A stretch of 64,000 nucleotides of DNA from a virus (IMGVR_UViG_3300020176_000011:16085-80084); one strand, 5' to 3'; shown: positions 45,603 through 56,878, counted from the first letter of the stretch. Numbers and translations are program-made. The notes: generated by a model not told the origin, from the letters alone.

Positions 45603-46013
45603 ATGCTCAAGAAATTTCTGATCGGCGCTGCTGCCCTCCTGCTGCTGGGCTGCAACGAAGACGCCAAGGTGGCCGGTGACAACCTCACCAAGGCCGCCGA
45701 CAACTTCGAAATCACGAGACGCATTCTCTTCGTGAACACCATCACCGACAAGTACCTGCTGGAGATCGTCGGCCGGTGCAGTTTCGGACCGTCCGGTAGT
45801 ACGCCGAAAACGGTCAACGTCATCTGTAAGGTCGGTCCGACCGACTACAAGAAGCATTCCATGGTGATGGGCGACAACACCGTCGTCGTCGTGGAACACC
45901 TGAAGGCGACCAATGTCTCGGTCGACTTCTACCGCGTCACGTTCAAGCCGTCCGCCATCATCCCCGACATCGACATCCGAGGACCGGGGCTGGACCAGGA
46001 GAGCAAGAAATGA
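45603..46013 (+). CDS. Lipoprotein
   Basis: MLKKFLIGAAALLLLG-C lipobox; NLTKAADNFEITRRI motif. Confidence 0.75.
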   Translation: MLKKFLIGAAALLLLGCNEDAKVAGDNLTKAADNFEITRRILFVNTITDKYLLEIVGRCSFGPSGSTPKTVNVICKVGPTDYKKHSMVMGDNTVVVVEHLKATNVSVDFYRVTFKPSAIIPDIDIRGPGLDQESKK

Positions 46014-48988
46014 GCACCTACAACGCCGTCAGTATCGCGATCAACAACTTCAGGATCAACGGGAAGAAGCCGAGCGTCTACCTCGACCGAAACTACGAGA
46101 ACCTCGACTTCACCAACTTCGACATGAGCGACAGCAGCGTCGGCGACAGGGCCGTGTTCAGCACCCCGGCCGGTTCGGGTGTGATCGACCTCGGTCGGCC
46201 GTTCGGCTATCGCTTCCTCGTCTTCAAGAAGGTCGACGAGAAGAAGCGTGTCAGCTACCAGATCGTCACCGGCTGCCGTCGCTTCTCGCGCGAGGATGCA
46301 CTGAAGCACCCGAACTGGAACTTCAACACGAAGCAGTACAGGCGTCGGGTTCGCGAAGAAGGTCACTGGGCGAAGCGCGTCGGCATCAAGGAACTGCTGG
46401 CCACCGTCGACCAGCTGGCCAAGTGCCATTGGGGCTACAAGATCCCCCGATGAAGACGATCATCCACGTCAACCGTCAGCTCATTGCCTACAATCGAGCG
46501 ACCGGAGCCGAGCTTCCCGTCTACACCATCAAGCGCGGAAAGCAGACGACCTACGGCTACGGCGTGGAGATCAAAGGCCCGAGCCAGATGGTAGACCCGC
46601 GCCACACGGCACCGTTGCCGTGTGGCGCACGAGCATGGATCGAAACCGAGGCACCAGTCATCATCGAAGGTGCCATGTCCTGGGCCGAGGTCCAGAGGAG
46701 GAAAGATGCCCACGATTTTCCGTCTGCCCGTAAGAACGGTGATGGTACGCGCACAGTGCGAGTGCGGCGGCGAGATAAAGGCGGTTCAGGGCTACGACCT
46801 CCGTCGCCGGAATGAGAAGGCTGAATGGGAGAGCATCTGCCACGGCAAGTGTGGGCAGACCTCCAAGCAGGATCGTGCGTACCCCTACGTCGACTACGAG
46901 CTGATCGACCACGCCGATCCCTTCTATGAAGCTCGACAAGAACAGGAGCAAGCCAATGTCTCTGGAAATTCAATTCCCTAAGTGTGATCGACTGACGACG
47001 CTGGGTAAGCTGAATGCAGGCGATCTGTTCACGCTGACGGATCAGCCGAAGCGTGTGTTGATGGTGGTCAGCCTCAACGGCCGGTTCAACGTCGCAGCTG
47101 GTGATTGGGGTGTTGTCTATCTCGACAGCGGACACTGCACCGTGATGACCACGCAGACCAGCGTTGTTCGTCAGAAGGCTAAGTTGGTGCTGGAATGAGT
47201 CGCCTCAACATCAAGGTGGAACCACCGGTTAAACCTCCGGTTACGATGCTACACGAAGCGAAGAAGGGGAGCGTCTTCTTCTTCAAGACCGCTTACGACC
47301 AGTTCGGACCAGAAGCGGAGCCGTACATGCGTCTCGACCATTCTCCCATCAACAGCTGGGGAGAAGTCGAGAACAACAAGATCGCCTGCGTCGACCTCGG
47401 CGATGGTGGCGTAGTGGTGCGTCATCGCACCACAGAGATCGTTCAGGTCAATGCTGATCTTCTGATCGGCGCAGTTCATGGAGCCGAAAAATGAGCGAGA
47501 AGACGGTCGGGTACTATCTCTCCAGCCTCATCGGCTATCGAGACGACACGGGCTACACAGAAGCCCACGCTATCGCCCGAGTGTGGATGGCGATCAACCC
47601 GAACCTCTTTCTCAGTCTGGCGCTGATCCCGAACCTCGCGCACCAGACCGGCCATGTCGTGCAGCTGAAGAGGCCCGTGTTCGGGCTGCATTCAGCTGCT
47701 ATCGATGCGATGAAAGGTCGTCTCGAAAGCAGTGAAGAAGGTTGGATGGAGTTGTTGAACGGTCACTCGTTCCTCGTCCAGCCGCATCTTCTGAAAGAAT
47801 TGTCGGCTCGTATCCGACAGCACAAAGCGGAGTTGGTCGAATGCAATCCGTATTGTACCCGGTCATAGGCTTCGCCATCGGTTACGCGATCTGCTGGTGG
47901 GCAAGTCGCAAGACTGATCGTCCTCTTTGGCCGAGGTGGTAGCTATGGCTAAGAAGAACTGTCGCAACTGCACGCACTACGGCGTCCCCGAGGGCAAGAT
48001 CGCTCGGGGCGATGCGCTGTATCCGTGCAACTGGAAGATGCCCGACGAGTACATCTTCCCCGACGCCATCGTGGAAACCTACAACAGCCCGGTGGCACGT
48101 CTTTCCGATCCGAAACATCACATGGGCTATCGGACCGGTAACCAAGGGACCTCATGTCCCACATTCAAGGAGAAGGCCAATGCGGCTGATCAAGGTTGAT
48201 CCCATCAAGCGTGTGACCGAACGTGTGACCCACCACGGTCGTCGCTACATCCAGGACCTCGCGGGCCTGATGCAACCGCACAAGTCGGTGCTGGGATACG
48301 ACTACGTTCCGAGCGACCTCCATCAGTACGCGGTCAAACGCTCGGGCAGGATCAGCGCCCAGGTGATCATCGACATGAGCGCACCGGCCAAACTGCCGTC
48401 GTGGCTCTACAAGGGTGTCAGCAGTTTGCCGCCGCTGACGGGTATTGGTCTGGTCGTCGGCTACGACAGCGAGCTGGGAGAGTTCTGCGACTGTCCCCCC
48501 CTTCTGCTCGATCAAGTCGAATTCGCAGTGGAGTGGTGGTAATGCGCACCCGTGCTGAGAGGACCCTCGGGTCCTATCTGGCCAATATCGGCCGAGTCCT
48601 CGATCTTCATCTGCCGCTGTTCAATCGGCACACCGGCAACGCCGTCGTGTTTGAGGGAGAAGTCACCGACATCAAGGGTGACATCTCCTTCCTCTTCAAG
48701 ACGCTGGACGGACAGCTCGTCAAGCTGGGCATGACCCAGGTGCATGAGCATCTGACCAACAAGGACCCGGTGCCCGAGTCACGCGGCGACAAGTTGATGT
48801 CGGGCTTCGTCAACGTCCAGTACAAGGGACCTCGCTCCTCTTACCAGACCAGCATCACTCGCAAGCAGAATGGTATGCCCTTCAAGAGCGAAGAAGAAGC
48901 CATGGCTGCCTGTGTCAATCGTCAGCTCACGATGTTCGGAGATCCGATCTTCCTGTGCAAGCTGACACCAGTGAAGATGTTCCTCTGA
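46010..48988 (+). CDS. Run of about 10 small hypothetical genes (46010-46453, 46450-46815, 46706-46981, 46956-47198, 47195-47494, 47491-47868, 47945-48199, 48180-48542, 48542-48988)
   Basis: Tightly coupled plus-strand ORFs; several with CxxC motifs. Confidence 0.55.
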
Positions 48989-49515
48989 TGTTCGATCTCG
49001 ACAGCGAGGCGGTGATCTTCGCGATCACCCACCACGGCCAACAGAAGCGCCGTGTCAGCAATGAGCCCTATATCTGCCACCCGATCCGAGTGGCTGTGCT
49101 GGCTCAGCAGTTCGTCACCTTCGGCAACAAGGTGATCGTGCAACATGCCGCCCTCTTCCACGATCTGCTGGAAGACACCAAGTGTACGGAGCAGGAACTT
49201 CGTTCACGTTGGGGCGACGTGGTGGCGAATCTCGTGCTTCAACTCACCAACGAGAAGCCGGGTGATCGAGAGGTCAAGGCGCGGTTGGAACGCGAGCGGT
49301 TCATGAACGCCAGCAGGCTCGCCAAGGTGATCAAGCTGTGCGACGTGATCGACAACGCGGGTTCTTTCGGCGACGAGGTCGGCAGCAACTGGTGCCGCCG
49401 TTGGGTCGGCGAGAAGAAACAGCTGATCGAAATCCTGGCGCAAGGCGAAACTGGAGCAGCGTTTGCGATGCTCTACAAGGACGCCAAGTGTGCCATCGAG
49501 AGGATCGACCAGTGA
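48988..49515 (+). CDS. HD-domain small alarmone ((p)ppGpp) hydrolase, SpoT/Mesh1-like
   Basis: HHGQQKRR..EPYICHPIRVA, AALFHDLLEDT, LT, IKLCDVIDN. Confidence 0.85.
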   Translation: MFDLDSEAVIFAITHHGQQKRRVSNEPYICHPIRVAVLAQQFVTFGNKVIVQHAALFHDLLEDTKCTEQELRSRWGDVVANLVLQLTNEKPGDREVKARLERERFMNASRLAKVIKLCDVIDNAGSFGDEVGSNWCRRWVGEKKQLIEILAQGETGAAFAMLYKDAKCAIERIDQ

Positions 49516-51618
49516 ACCGCAGCTGGGCCGACCATCTGTTCGGCCGAAAGCAACCGGAACCGTGGACGGGATTTCCCCTTCCTCCAACCGACATCAAGAC
49601 CTTCCATGACGTCCGGGCACTTGTGCCCGACGTTCTGCCCCCTGCGAGCCCTCGCGCGCAACGGGAAGCCATGTGCATCTTGCGCAATGGCAGCCTCAGC
49701 GAGATGAACATTCACCCGAGCATTGCTGCCAATTTGGCAGCAGTGACGCGAGCCTTCATCATTTGCTACCGAAGCGACCTCCCCGGCTTCGTAGTGGCCC
49801 CGGTCCTCGCCTTCCTGTTGGATCAATGGTGTGTGGAGAACGAATATGGCTTATAGGATGTATCAGGCAGCGATGACACCGCTGTTCAAAGCGCCTGTTG
49901 CGTTGGTGACGACGTCTCGCGTTATCGCCAAGAGCCATGATCAAGCCGAACATTTTCTGAAGCTGCGAGGCTTCGGCGAATATCTCGACAGTCACTACTA
50001 TCCAAAAGTCGTGACGAAGGAAGTCGGACTCGTCTCCACCAGGGTCGAGAGCCGTATCCGGACGCATCGTCGGAACCATATGAAGGGCACCGTCGAACTT
50101 GTCATGGCACTCGGCTACATCGCTGTGAAGGGATGCTTCGCCACAACGGACGAGATCTACTCGCCGAAATTCGGCATCGTCGACGCTTGTCTGTTTGACT
50201 GGCATCAAGCTGGGCTGGTCGACCGTGTGAAAGCTTTGGAGGCCAAGATCCCTGGGTGGACGCTGGCCTATGCAAAGGAGAACCAGTAATGGCAAAGCCA
50301 AAGTATCGGCTGTGGGTGACCGTTCTGCCGAAACGACCCTCACGCTACGACGATGAGTACCCGTTGAACTACGACCTCAACGGATACGTGATCGCCGCCT
50401 GCGAGTCGCATGCTCAAGCGATGATCGACATGCGCAATTTGGGCGAGCGCCTGCGCAAGCCGGATGAGACAACTCCGTGCTACATGAAGAACCGAGTGGT
50501 GCGGGCTACGCCCAAGACACTGTCGCGGTTCCTGATGATACGGGTGGAGCGAGGCAACCCGTGGGTCAGCAGCGGCATGGGCAGCTATCTCGGAGAGTTC
50601 GCCCGGCTGGCGACGGCGGCCAATCTGATCACTCAGCCTCAGCTGGCCGAACTCGTCCATTCCCTCTGCAGCTACGGCTGTCGTGGTCGTCAGCTGATCA
50701 GCTGGATCGAGATGATCGAGGATAACATTCCAGGGCACACGCTCACTTATGCAAAGGAATACTTCCGTGCCAATCCCTTTTGATCACACGCACGAGATGG
50801 ACGGCCAGACGTATGAGTGCGTCTGGCACGTCAGCAAGATGGGTGACGTCTACCTGCACAAGTGCGTCCCTGAGTGTTCAACCGAAGTCGAAGAAGCCCT
50901 CTATCTGGAGGCCTACGACGAACTGCCTCGTTGGCTTGAGGAGATAAACGCCCGTGATTCTTAATCCTGTCTTCGTGACGATGACTGGTCCGCTTCTCAA
51001 GCGCACCATTCGCAAGGGAACCAGCTACGTGTTCTTCCAGCCGCCCGGCGCGTCGGAGGCACTGCGGGTGACCAAATCGTTCTTGGTCGAGTACATCGAC
51101 AGCATGATCAAGGACAAGGAGTGGCTGGTGTTCCGGGTGTTGAACCGGGAGAAAACCACTCATCGCAGTGCCTACGTCGACAAGAAATGGGTGCAGAAGC
51201 CGGTCGTGATCAACCAGTGGACGGTGACGTCCTGTGGAGTGCAGAACCCCGACGACTTCGATTACTGGGACAATTTGTTCCAGACCGAACCGAAGGTGTT
51301 TCAGCTCTATGTTCCCTTCCTGCCGAAAGAACTCATTGCCACGCTCGCCGTGAAGCACGATAGTTTCGGCACAAGCAGACCGATGTTGGAGCTGCTGAAA
51401 GGAATGTGATGCTGAGAAAAGGCCAGTTCAATCGAGCTGTCAGGCCGGATCACTTTCGTCTCGACGAGAGAACGATCAAGTATTTCTCAAAACGAGAACG
51501 CTGCGCGGGTTCGCGCTGCTTTGTAGATACACCTCAAGAGGCGGAAGCCGAGGTGCTGGAGTTCATTCGCAAATACGGGACGATCCCGTTAGGAGAAGAT
51601 AATGCGGCTGCAGGATAA
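49512..51618 (+). CDS. Hypothetical genes (49512-49856; paralog pair 49846-50289 and 50289-50783; about 50770-50964; 50954-51409; 51406-51618)
   Basis: Coupled ORFs; the pair shares IPG.TL.YAKE. Confidence 0.55.
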
Positions 51619-53743
51619 CACTCAGGAAGTTGAGATCGAGGGCGCAACCGCCCGCACCATGAGCATCTCGGATGATCCGATCATCTGGCGCATGCTCACG
51701 ACTCAGCTCTACACGCAGACCAATGCGTGGATCCGTGAGTATGCTCAGAACGCTCGTGACGCTGACAAGGATTGGCGTCTGATCATGCCGTCGATGCACA
51801 GTCCGTTCGTCGAGTTCGTCGACAACGGCGGCGGTATGTCCAAGCACTTCATGCAGACCAAGTTCTGCCAGGCTGGCTTCTCGACGAAGCGTGAGGACAA
51901 CGACAAGTCCGGTGGCTTCGGCATCGGCCGTCTGTCGGGTCCGCAGGGCACGATCTTCGAATGCCGGAACGAGGACGCCATCCGGACGTGGTCGCTGGTC
52001 AAGGACAAGGACAGCATTCCGAGCCTGATCCTACTGGCTGAGGAAGAGCGTCCGAAGGACGTGAAGCTCGGCGTGACCGTCCGAGTGCCGGTGGCTCCGC
52101 GCGAGATCGAGTCGGTCAAGACCGACATCCACAAGATGCTCAAGTTCTTCGGCTTGCCGAACCTGCCTCAGATCAAGTTCGTGATGAACGAACGCAACTG
52201 GGGCATCGTCGACATGGGACATCAGTACAGCAGCTATCCGACCATCGTCGAGGTCGGCGGCTACACCTTCCCGGTTCGTCAGACCGACATCAGCGGTGCG
52301 ATGTCGTCGCTCAGCTACGAAGAGCGGGATCTGATGAACTCGATCTTCAAGGAAGGTCCGCACAGCTACCTGCTGCTTCGGGTGCCGGTCGGTTCGGTCA
52401 ACATCGCGCTGAACCGTGAGAGCATCAAGTTCGACGAGGCCACGATCCAGCAGTTGCTGATGATCAGTAAGCTCGTTGTCAGCGAGATGGCAGCGGCTAC
52501 GCAGAAGGAGTTCGACAACATCCCGACGCGCTGGGAAGCCAAGGTGAAGTACGCGAAGCTGGAGGAGAACGGACTGCACGGCCTGTTCAAGTCCGTGTGC
52601 AAGAGCCTGACGTGGAACGGCGAGCCAATCAACAGTCGGAAGTATGTCGTCCGAGCTGGAACCGATTTCATCGTCCCCGACAACTTCTATGGTCGGAAGA
52701 GCAAGGTGAACAACAGCCAACTTCCGCAGAATGTTCGTCTGCCCAGCTTCGAAGCCAGCCGCGAACATTGGATCGAGTGTCAGAACTACGAGACGATGAA
52801 GATCGTCATCCTGGACGACACCGAGGAGTTCGTCAGCCGCAAGCTGCGGGCGACGTTCACTCCGCACGACACGGCGATCTATCTCGTTCGTCCGCATCAG
52901 TGGGATCCGGTCAAGGGCGAGAACGTGTGGGAGGACGGTGAGTGGTGGACCAAGGCTATCGAGCTTCTCGATCCGCCGAAGTCCATGCCGATCCTCAAGA
53001 TGTCGGAGATCGTACCCGTCCCGGTGCCACCCCGCGTCCGACCGACAGGTCCGAGCAACGTCGTCCGCAACAAGTTCTTCGTCACCGAGCCCGGTGCCTA
53101 CGTCAGCTTCGTCGGCAGTGACGTGGACCTCACCGAGGATCATGTGTGGGTGCCGTACCACGCCAACGAGGCTGACGTCGGCGACCCCTCCAAGGACAAG
53201 AAACCGTGGTACGAGTTGGCAACGACCGGCTACAAGCGTGATCCTTCGTGGTCATCGATCCATGTTATCCGTAACGCCCTCGGCATGAACTTCAAGATCA
53301 TCGGTGTGCCGCGTAACCAGCGGAATAAGGTGCCGGACAACTGGGTTCACATCCTCGACTATGTTGCGGAGCGCATTCCTTTGAAGAAGGAGTGGCCCGA
53401 AATCATCGCGTGGTCGTCGGCTTCGGAACTCGATCCGAACTATATGAACTTGCTGGCTCGCCTGATTACCAAGGCGAACACCAAGAGCCTCGTCGACTTC
53501 CAGACGAAGGTGACCGACTTCATGAAGAAGAAGGAGGCCATGAAGGAGAAGTGGAACATTCTCCAGCTCGTCGAGCGTCCGAACTTGACGAACTTGATCG
53601 ACGCCGAGAAGGCGAAGATCCCGAACCTCACGGAGGAGTTCCGGAAATTGATCGAAAGCTCGCCTGCGCTGTCGGTCATCACCAAGTGTAACTGGTCTGC
53701 GCTTAATGACGCAGACTGGAAATTCTTGGTTGCGAACATCTAG
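51602..53743 (+). CDS. rIIA: RIIA-like protein with N-terminal GHKL/Hsp90-like domain
   Basis: LYT...IREYAQNARDA, DNGGGMS, FSTKR...GGFGIG, LNRESI; followed by a rIIB-like gene. Confidence 0.85.
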   Translation: MRLQDNTQEVEIEGATARTMSISDDPIIWRMLTTQLYTQTNAWIREYAQNARDADKDWRLIMPSMHSPFVEFVDNGGGMSKHFMQTKFCQAGFSTKREDNDKSGGFGIGRLSGPQGTIFECRNEDAIRTWSLVKDKDSIPSLILLAEEERPKDVKLGVTVRVPVAPREIESVKTDIHKMLKFFGLPNLPQIKFVMNERNWGIVDMGHQYSSYPTIVEVGGYTFPVRQTDISGAMSSLSYEERDLMNSIFKEGPHSYLLLRVPVGSVNIALNRESIKFDEATIQQLLMISKLVVSEMAAATQKEFDNIPTRWEAKVKYAKLEENGLHGLFKSVCKSLTWNGEPINSRKYVVRAGTDFIVPDNFYGRKSKVNNSQLPQNVRLPSFEASREHWIECQNYETMKIVILDDTEEFVSRKLRATFTPHDTAIYLVRPHQWDPVKGENVWEDGEWWTKAIELLDPPKSMPILKMSEIVPVPVPPRVRPTGPSNVVRNKFFVTEPGAYVSFVGSDVDLTEDHVWVPYHANEADVGDPSKDKKPWYELATTGYKRDPSWSSIHVIRNALGMNFKIIGVPRNQRNKVPDNWVHILDYVAERIPLKKEWPEIIAWSSASELDPNYMNLLARLITKANTKSLVDFQTKVTDFMKKKEAMKEKWNILQLVERPNLTNLIDAEKAKIPNLTEEFRKLIESSPALSVITKCNWSALNDADWKFLVANI

Positions 53744-53797
53744 GCACCCGCCTACGGTGTGCAGGTACGTCAGAACTGAAACTGGAGCTTGAATCAA

Positions 53798-54586
53798 ATG
53801 GCTACGAAGAAGAAGACCCTCAAGGTCGCGGCGCAGCCCGCCGTCATCATCATCCCGAACCAGTCGATCATCGTCGGCACTCGCTCGGTCGCGTGGGATC
53901 ATCCCGCCCGCACGGCGATCCTGTCCGCCATCAAGGCCAAGTCGTGGGCCAAGGTGAATGATCTGATGAACCCGCTCAAGGCCGTGATCTCCTACGGCAA
54001 GGGCAAGCTCGCTGTCCGCGTCGAGGACAACGAGGTCGTCTACAAGGGCGACACCATCGACGGCGCGCTCGGGAAGCGCCTGATGGAAATGATGCAGAAC
54101 AGCATGCCCATCGACTACCTGCTCAAGTTCGTCGACAAGGCCCGTCTGAACCCGTCGCACCGGGCGCAGAAGGAGCTGTACGGCTTCATCGAATACGGCC
54201 AGCTGCCGATCACGGCGGATGGAAACTTCCTGGCGCGCAAGGTCGTTCGTTCGGACTTCCGCGACAAGCACACCGGCACCATCGACTACACGCCCGGCAA
54301 GGTCGTCTCGATGCCCCGCCACAAGGTCGACGACGACTCGCGGAACACCTGTTCCTCAGGCCTGCACGTCTACTCCAAGGACTACAGCCGGAACTTCGCC
54401 AGCTACGGCGACAAGTTCCTGCTCGTCGAGATCGACCCGACGAACGTCGTGGCCGTCCCGCCGGACTACTCCAACACCAAGATGCGCGTCTGCGCCATGA
54501 AGGTGGTCAAGGAGCTGACCGACGAGAACGACCCGGAGTTCTTCGGCTCGCTCGTCTACGGCAACCAGGTGGAAGTCTGGTCGTAA
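53798..54586 (+). CDS. rIIB: RIIB-like protein
   Basis: NPSHRAQKELYGF, ITADGNFLARK, D.HTG, MPR..VDDD...CSSGLHV, DVV-like NVVAVP.DY..TKMRVC. Confidence 0.9.
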   Translation: MATKKKTLKVAAQPAVIIIPNQSIIVGTRSVAWDHPARTAILSAIKAKSWAKVNDLMNPLKAVISYGKGKLAVRVEDNEVVYKGDTIDGALGKRLMEMMQNSMPIDYLLKFVDKARLNPSHRAQKELYGFIEYGQLPITADGNFLARKVVRSDFRDKHTGTIDYTPGKVVSMPRHKVDDDSRNTCSSGLHVYSKDYSRNFASYGDKFLLVEIDPTNVVAVPPDYSNTKMRVCAMKVVKELTDENDPEFFGSLVYGNQVEVWS

Positions 54587-54597
54587 CCTCACGAAAT

Positions 54598-54738
54598 CGG
54601 CGCGGCTAGTCCGCGCCGGTCAGCGGGCCTTTGGGACCTAGGCCTAGGGGATGGCGACAGTGCAGTCGTCCCAAGCTCGGGCGCACGACCCTCCACCGCA
54701 ACGACGTCGGTGCGTTGTAGGAGAGGGAATGCCCGAGC
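54598..54738 (+). ncRNA. Putative structured RNA leader upstream of rtcB
   Basis: Several nested stems fill the 183-nt intergenic gap (see findings). Confidence 0.35.
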
Positions 54739-54769
54739 AAGACTCCTGAAATTCACAAAGAGGTAGGAC

Positions 54770-55969
54770 ATGCATATCGTCGATGATACTCAACGCGCGC
54801 CGATCAAGATGTGGACCAATGGTGTTCCGCTCGAACACTCGGCGCATCAGCAGTTGCGCAACGTCGCCAACATGCCCTTCATCTTCAAGCATGTGGCGGT
54901 GATGCCTGACGTGCATTGGGGAATGGGAGCCACTGTGGGCTCCGTGATCCCGACGCAGCAGGCAATCATCCCAGCAGCCGTGGGTGTCGACATCGGGTGC
55001 GGCATGTGCGCGGTTCGTCTTGACGGCGTGAAGGCCTCGGATCTTCCCGAGAGCCTTGCCACCATCCGCAGTCAGATCGAACACGCCGTGCCGACCGGTT
55101 TCGCCACCCACGGCGAGATCGACAAGGGTCTGTCGAAGCTGGACGTGAACAACTTCCTGCAGTGGCTGCGTGAGCGCCATCCGAAGGTCGGCGACCGTCG
55201 CAAGGACAGCTTGGAGAAGATCATCGGCACCCAGCTGGGCACGCTCGGCGGCGGCAATCACTTCATCGAACTGTGTCTCGACGAGAGCCAGGATGTGTGG
55301 CTGATGCTGCACTCTGGTTCCCGAGGCATCGGCAACATCATCGGCCAGTATTTCATCACGCTGGCGAAGGAAGATTGTCAGCAGATCAACATCAAACTGC
55401 CCGACCGCGATCTCGCCTACCTGCGGGAAGGTACCGATCTGTTCAAGGACTACATCTACGCCCTCACCTGGTGCCAGAAGTACGCGGCGGCGAACCGTGC
55501 CGACATGCTACGTCGAGTCCTGATCGTCCTGCGTCGGCATCTGCCTCCGTTCAAGGATCGGGTGGAGGCGATCAACTGCCATCACAACTACGTCACGCAG
55601 GAGAACCACTTCGGCGAGGATGTGTGGGTCACCCGCAAGGGTGCGGTCGACGCCAGCAAGGGCAAGCTCGGGATCATTCCCGGCTCCATGGGCGCGAAGT
55701 CCTTCATCGTCGAAGGGCTGGGCAATCCCGAGTCGTTCAATTCGTGCAGCCACGGAGCGGGTCGAGTCATGTCCCGTGGCAAGGCGAAGGAACTGATCTC
55801 GGTGGAAGACCATGTGGCAGCGACCGAAGGTGTCGAATGCCGCAAGGACGCGGGTGTGCTGGACGAGAGCCCGGCCGCCTACAAGAACATCGACGACGTG
55901 ATGGACGCTCAGAAAGACTTGGTCGCCATCCGTCACACTCTCAAGCAAGTCCTCTGTGTGAAAGGTTAA
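54770..55969 (+). CDS. rtcB: RtcB RNA ligase
   Basis: MPDVHWG, VGVDIGCG, GTLGGGNHF, HSGSRG, HN, RKGA, PGSMG, SCSHGAGR, DESP.AYK, VKG end. Confidence 0.97.
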   Translation: MHIVDDTQRAPIKMWTNGVPLEHSAHQQLRNVANMPFIFKHVAVMPDVHWGMGATVGSVIPTQQAIIPAAVGVDIGCGMCAVRLDGVKASDLPESLATIRSQIEHAVPTGFATHGEIDKGLSKLDVNNFLQWLRERHPKVGDRRKDSLEKIIGTQLGTLGGGNHFIELCLDESQDVWLMLHSGSRGIGNIIGQYFITLAKEDCQQINIKLPDRDLAYLREGTDLFKDYIYALTWCQKYAAANRADMLRRVLIVLRRHLPPFKDRVEAINCHHNYVTQENHFGEDVWVTRKGAVDASKGKLGIIPGSMGAKSFIVEGLGNPESFNSCSHGAGRVMSRGKAKELISVEDHVAATEGVECRKDAGVLDESPAAYKNIDDVMDAQKDLVAIRHTLKQVLCVKG

Positions 55970-55972
55970 GTC

Positions 55973-56878
55973 ATGGGTTTCAAGCCACTGCTCGCAGGCA
56001 ACGTCATCGACCTCAATGGTTTGGATGACCTGATCTTCCCGATGATCGGCTCCTTCAAGATCGACGGCATTCGTGCCCTCGGATTGGACGGGGCACTCAT
56101 GTCCCGTACCAAGACCCTGCTCCCGAACCAGGAGCTGCAGGCAATGTTTGGTCGTCCGGAGTTCGACCGTCTCGACGGAGAAATGGTCGACGGCGATCCG
56201 AACGATCCGCAGGCCATGAACAAGGCCAGTCGGTGCGTGATGAAGGCGTCAGCCTCGGCGGCCAACGCCAAGTGGTACGTGTTCGATCATGTGCCCGACG
56301 ACGGCGACATGACGGCCTTCACCATTCGACTCAAGTTGCTCAAGGACAAGGTCGAAGCTCTCAGCCACCCGCAGATTGTGCTGCTGGATCAGGTGATCCT
56401 GACCAGCCTCGACGATCTGCTGCTGTACGAGAAGACGGCGCTGGAAGCGGGCTATGAAGGTGTGATGATCCGCAAGCCGCTCGGCCACTACAAGTTCGGC
56501 CGCTCGTCGGCAAGGGAACAGATCCTTCTCAAGATGAAGAAGTTCGAGGACGCCGAGGGCACGCTCACCGGCATGACCGAGATGATGCACAACGAGAACG
56601 AGGCGCTCAAGGACAACTTCGGCCGCACGAAACGGTCGTCGTCCAAGGCAGGCAAGGTCCCGGCGGGTGTCATGGGCAATCTCGTCTGTGAAACCGACGA
56701 GAAGGTCGAGTTCGAGATCGGCACCGGCTTCACGGCCGAGGACCGAGCGTGGTTCTGGAAGAACCGAGAGCGTCTGCTCGCTGACCACACTCGCATCAAG
56801 TACAAGCATCAGCCGCATGGTGCGAAAGACAAGCCGCGCTGCCCGGTCTATATCGGCATCCGGAAGGACCCGACGTGA
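55973..56878 (+). CDS. ATP-dependent DNA ligase
   Basis: KIDGIR motif I, LDGEM, VFD, GYEGVMIR, LLKMK, IGTGF, PRCPVY. Confidence 0.93.
   Translation: MGFKPLLAGNVIDLNGLDDLIFPMIGSFKIDGIRALGLDGALMSRTKTLLPNQELQAMFGRPEFDRLDGEMVDGDPNDPQAMNKASRCVMKASASAANAKWYVFDHVPDDGDMTAFTIRLKLLKDKVEALSHPQIVLLDQVILTSLDDLLLYEKTALEAGYEGVMIRKPLGHYKFGRSSAREQILLKMKKFEDAEGTLTGMTEMMHNENEALKDNFGRTKRSSSKAGKVPAGVMGNLVCETDEKVEFEIGTGFTAEDRAWFWKNRERLLADHTRIKYKHQPHGAKDKPRCPVYIGIRKDPT

Larger units (their letters stand above)
34813..49740. repeat. Motif A: dispersed palindrome CTGCCAAWTTGGCAG, 12 copies
   Basis: Copies at 34813 (16-bp variant), 34838, 34895, 35056, 35709, 37183, 37292, 37874, 39416, 41541, 44859, 49726. Confidence 0.95.

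Noticed and set aside
54590-54769. tRNA gene or HDV/theta ribozyme upstream of rtcB
   Set aside because: No T-loop GTTC or cloverleaf, and the P3/L3 elements of an HDV fold are missing; kept only as a generic structured element
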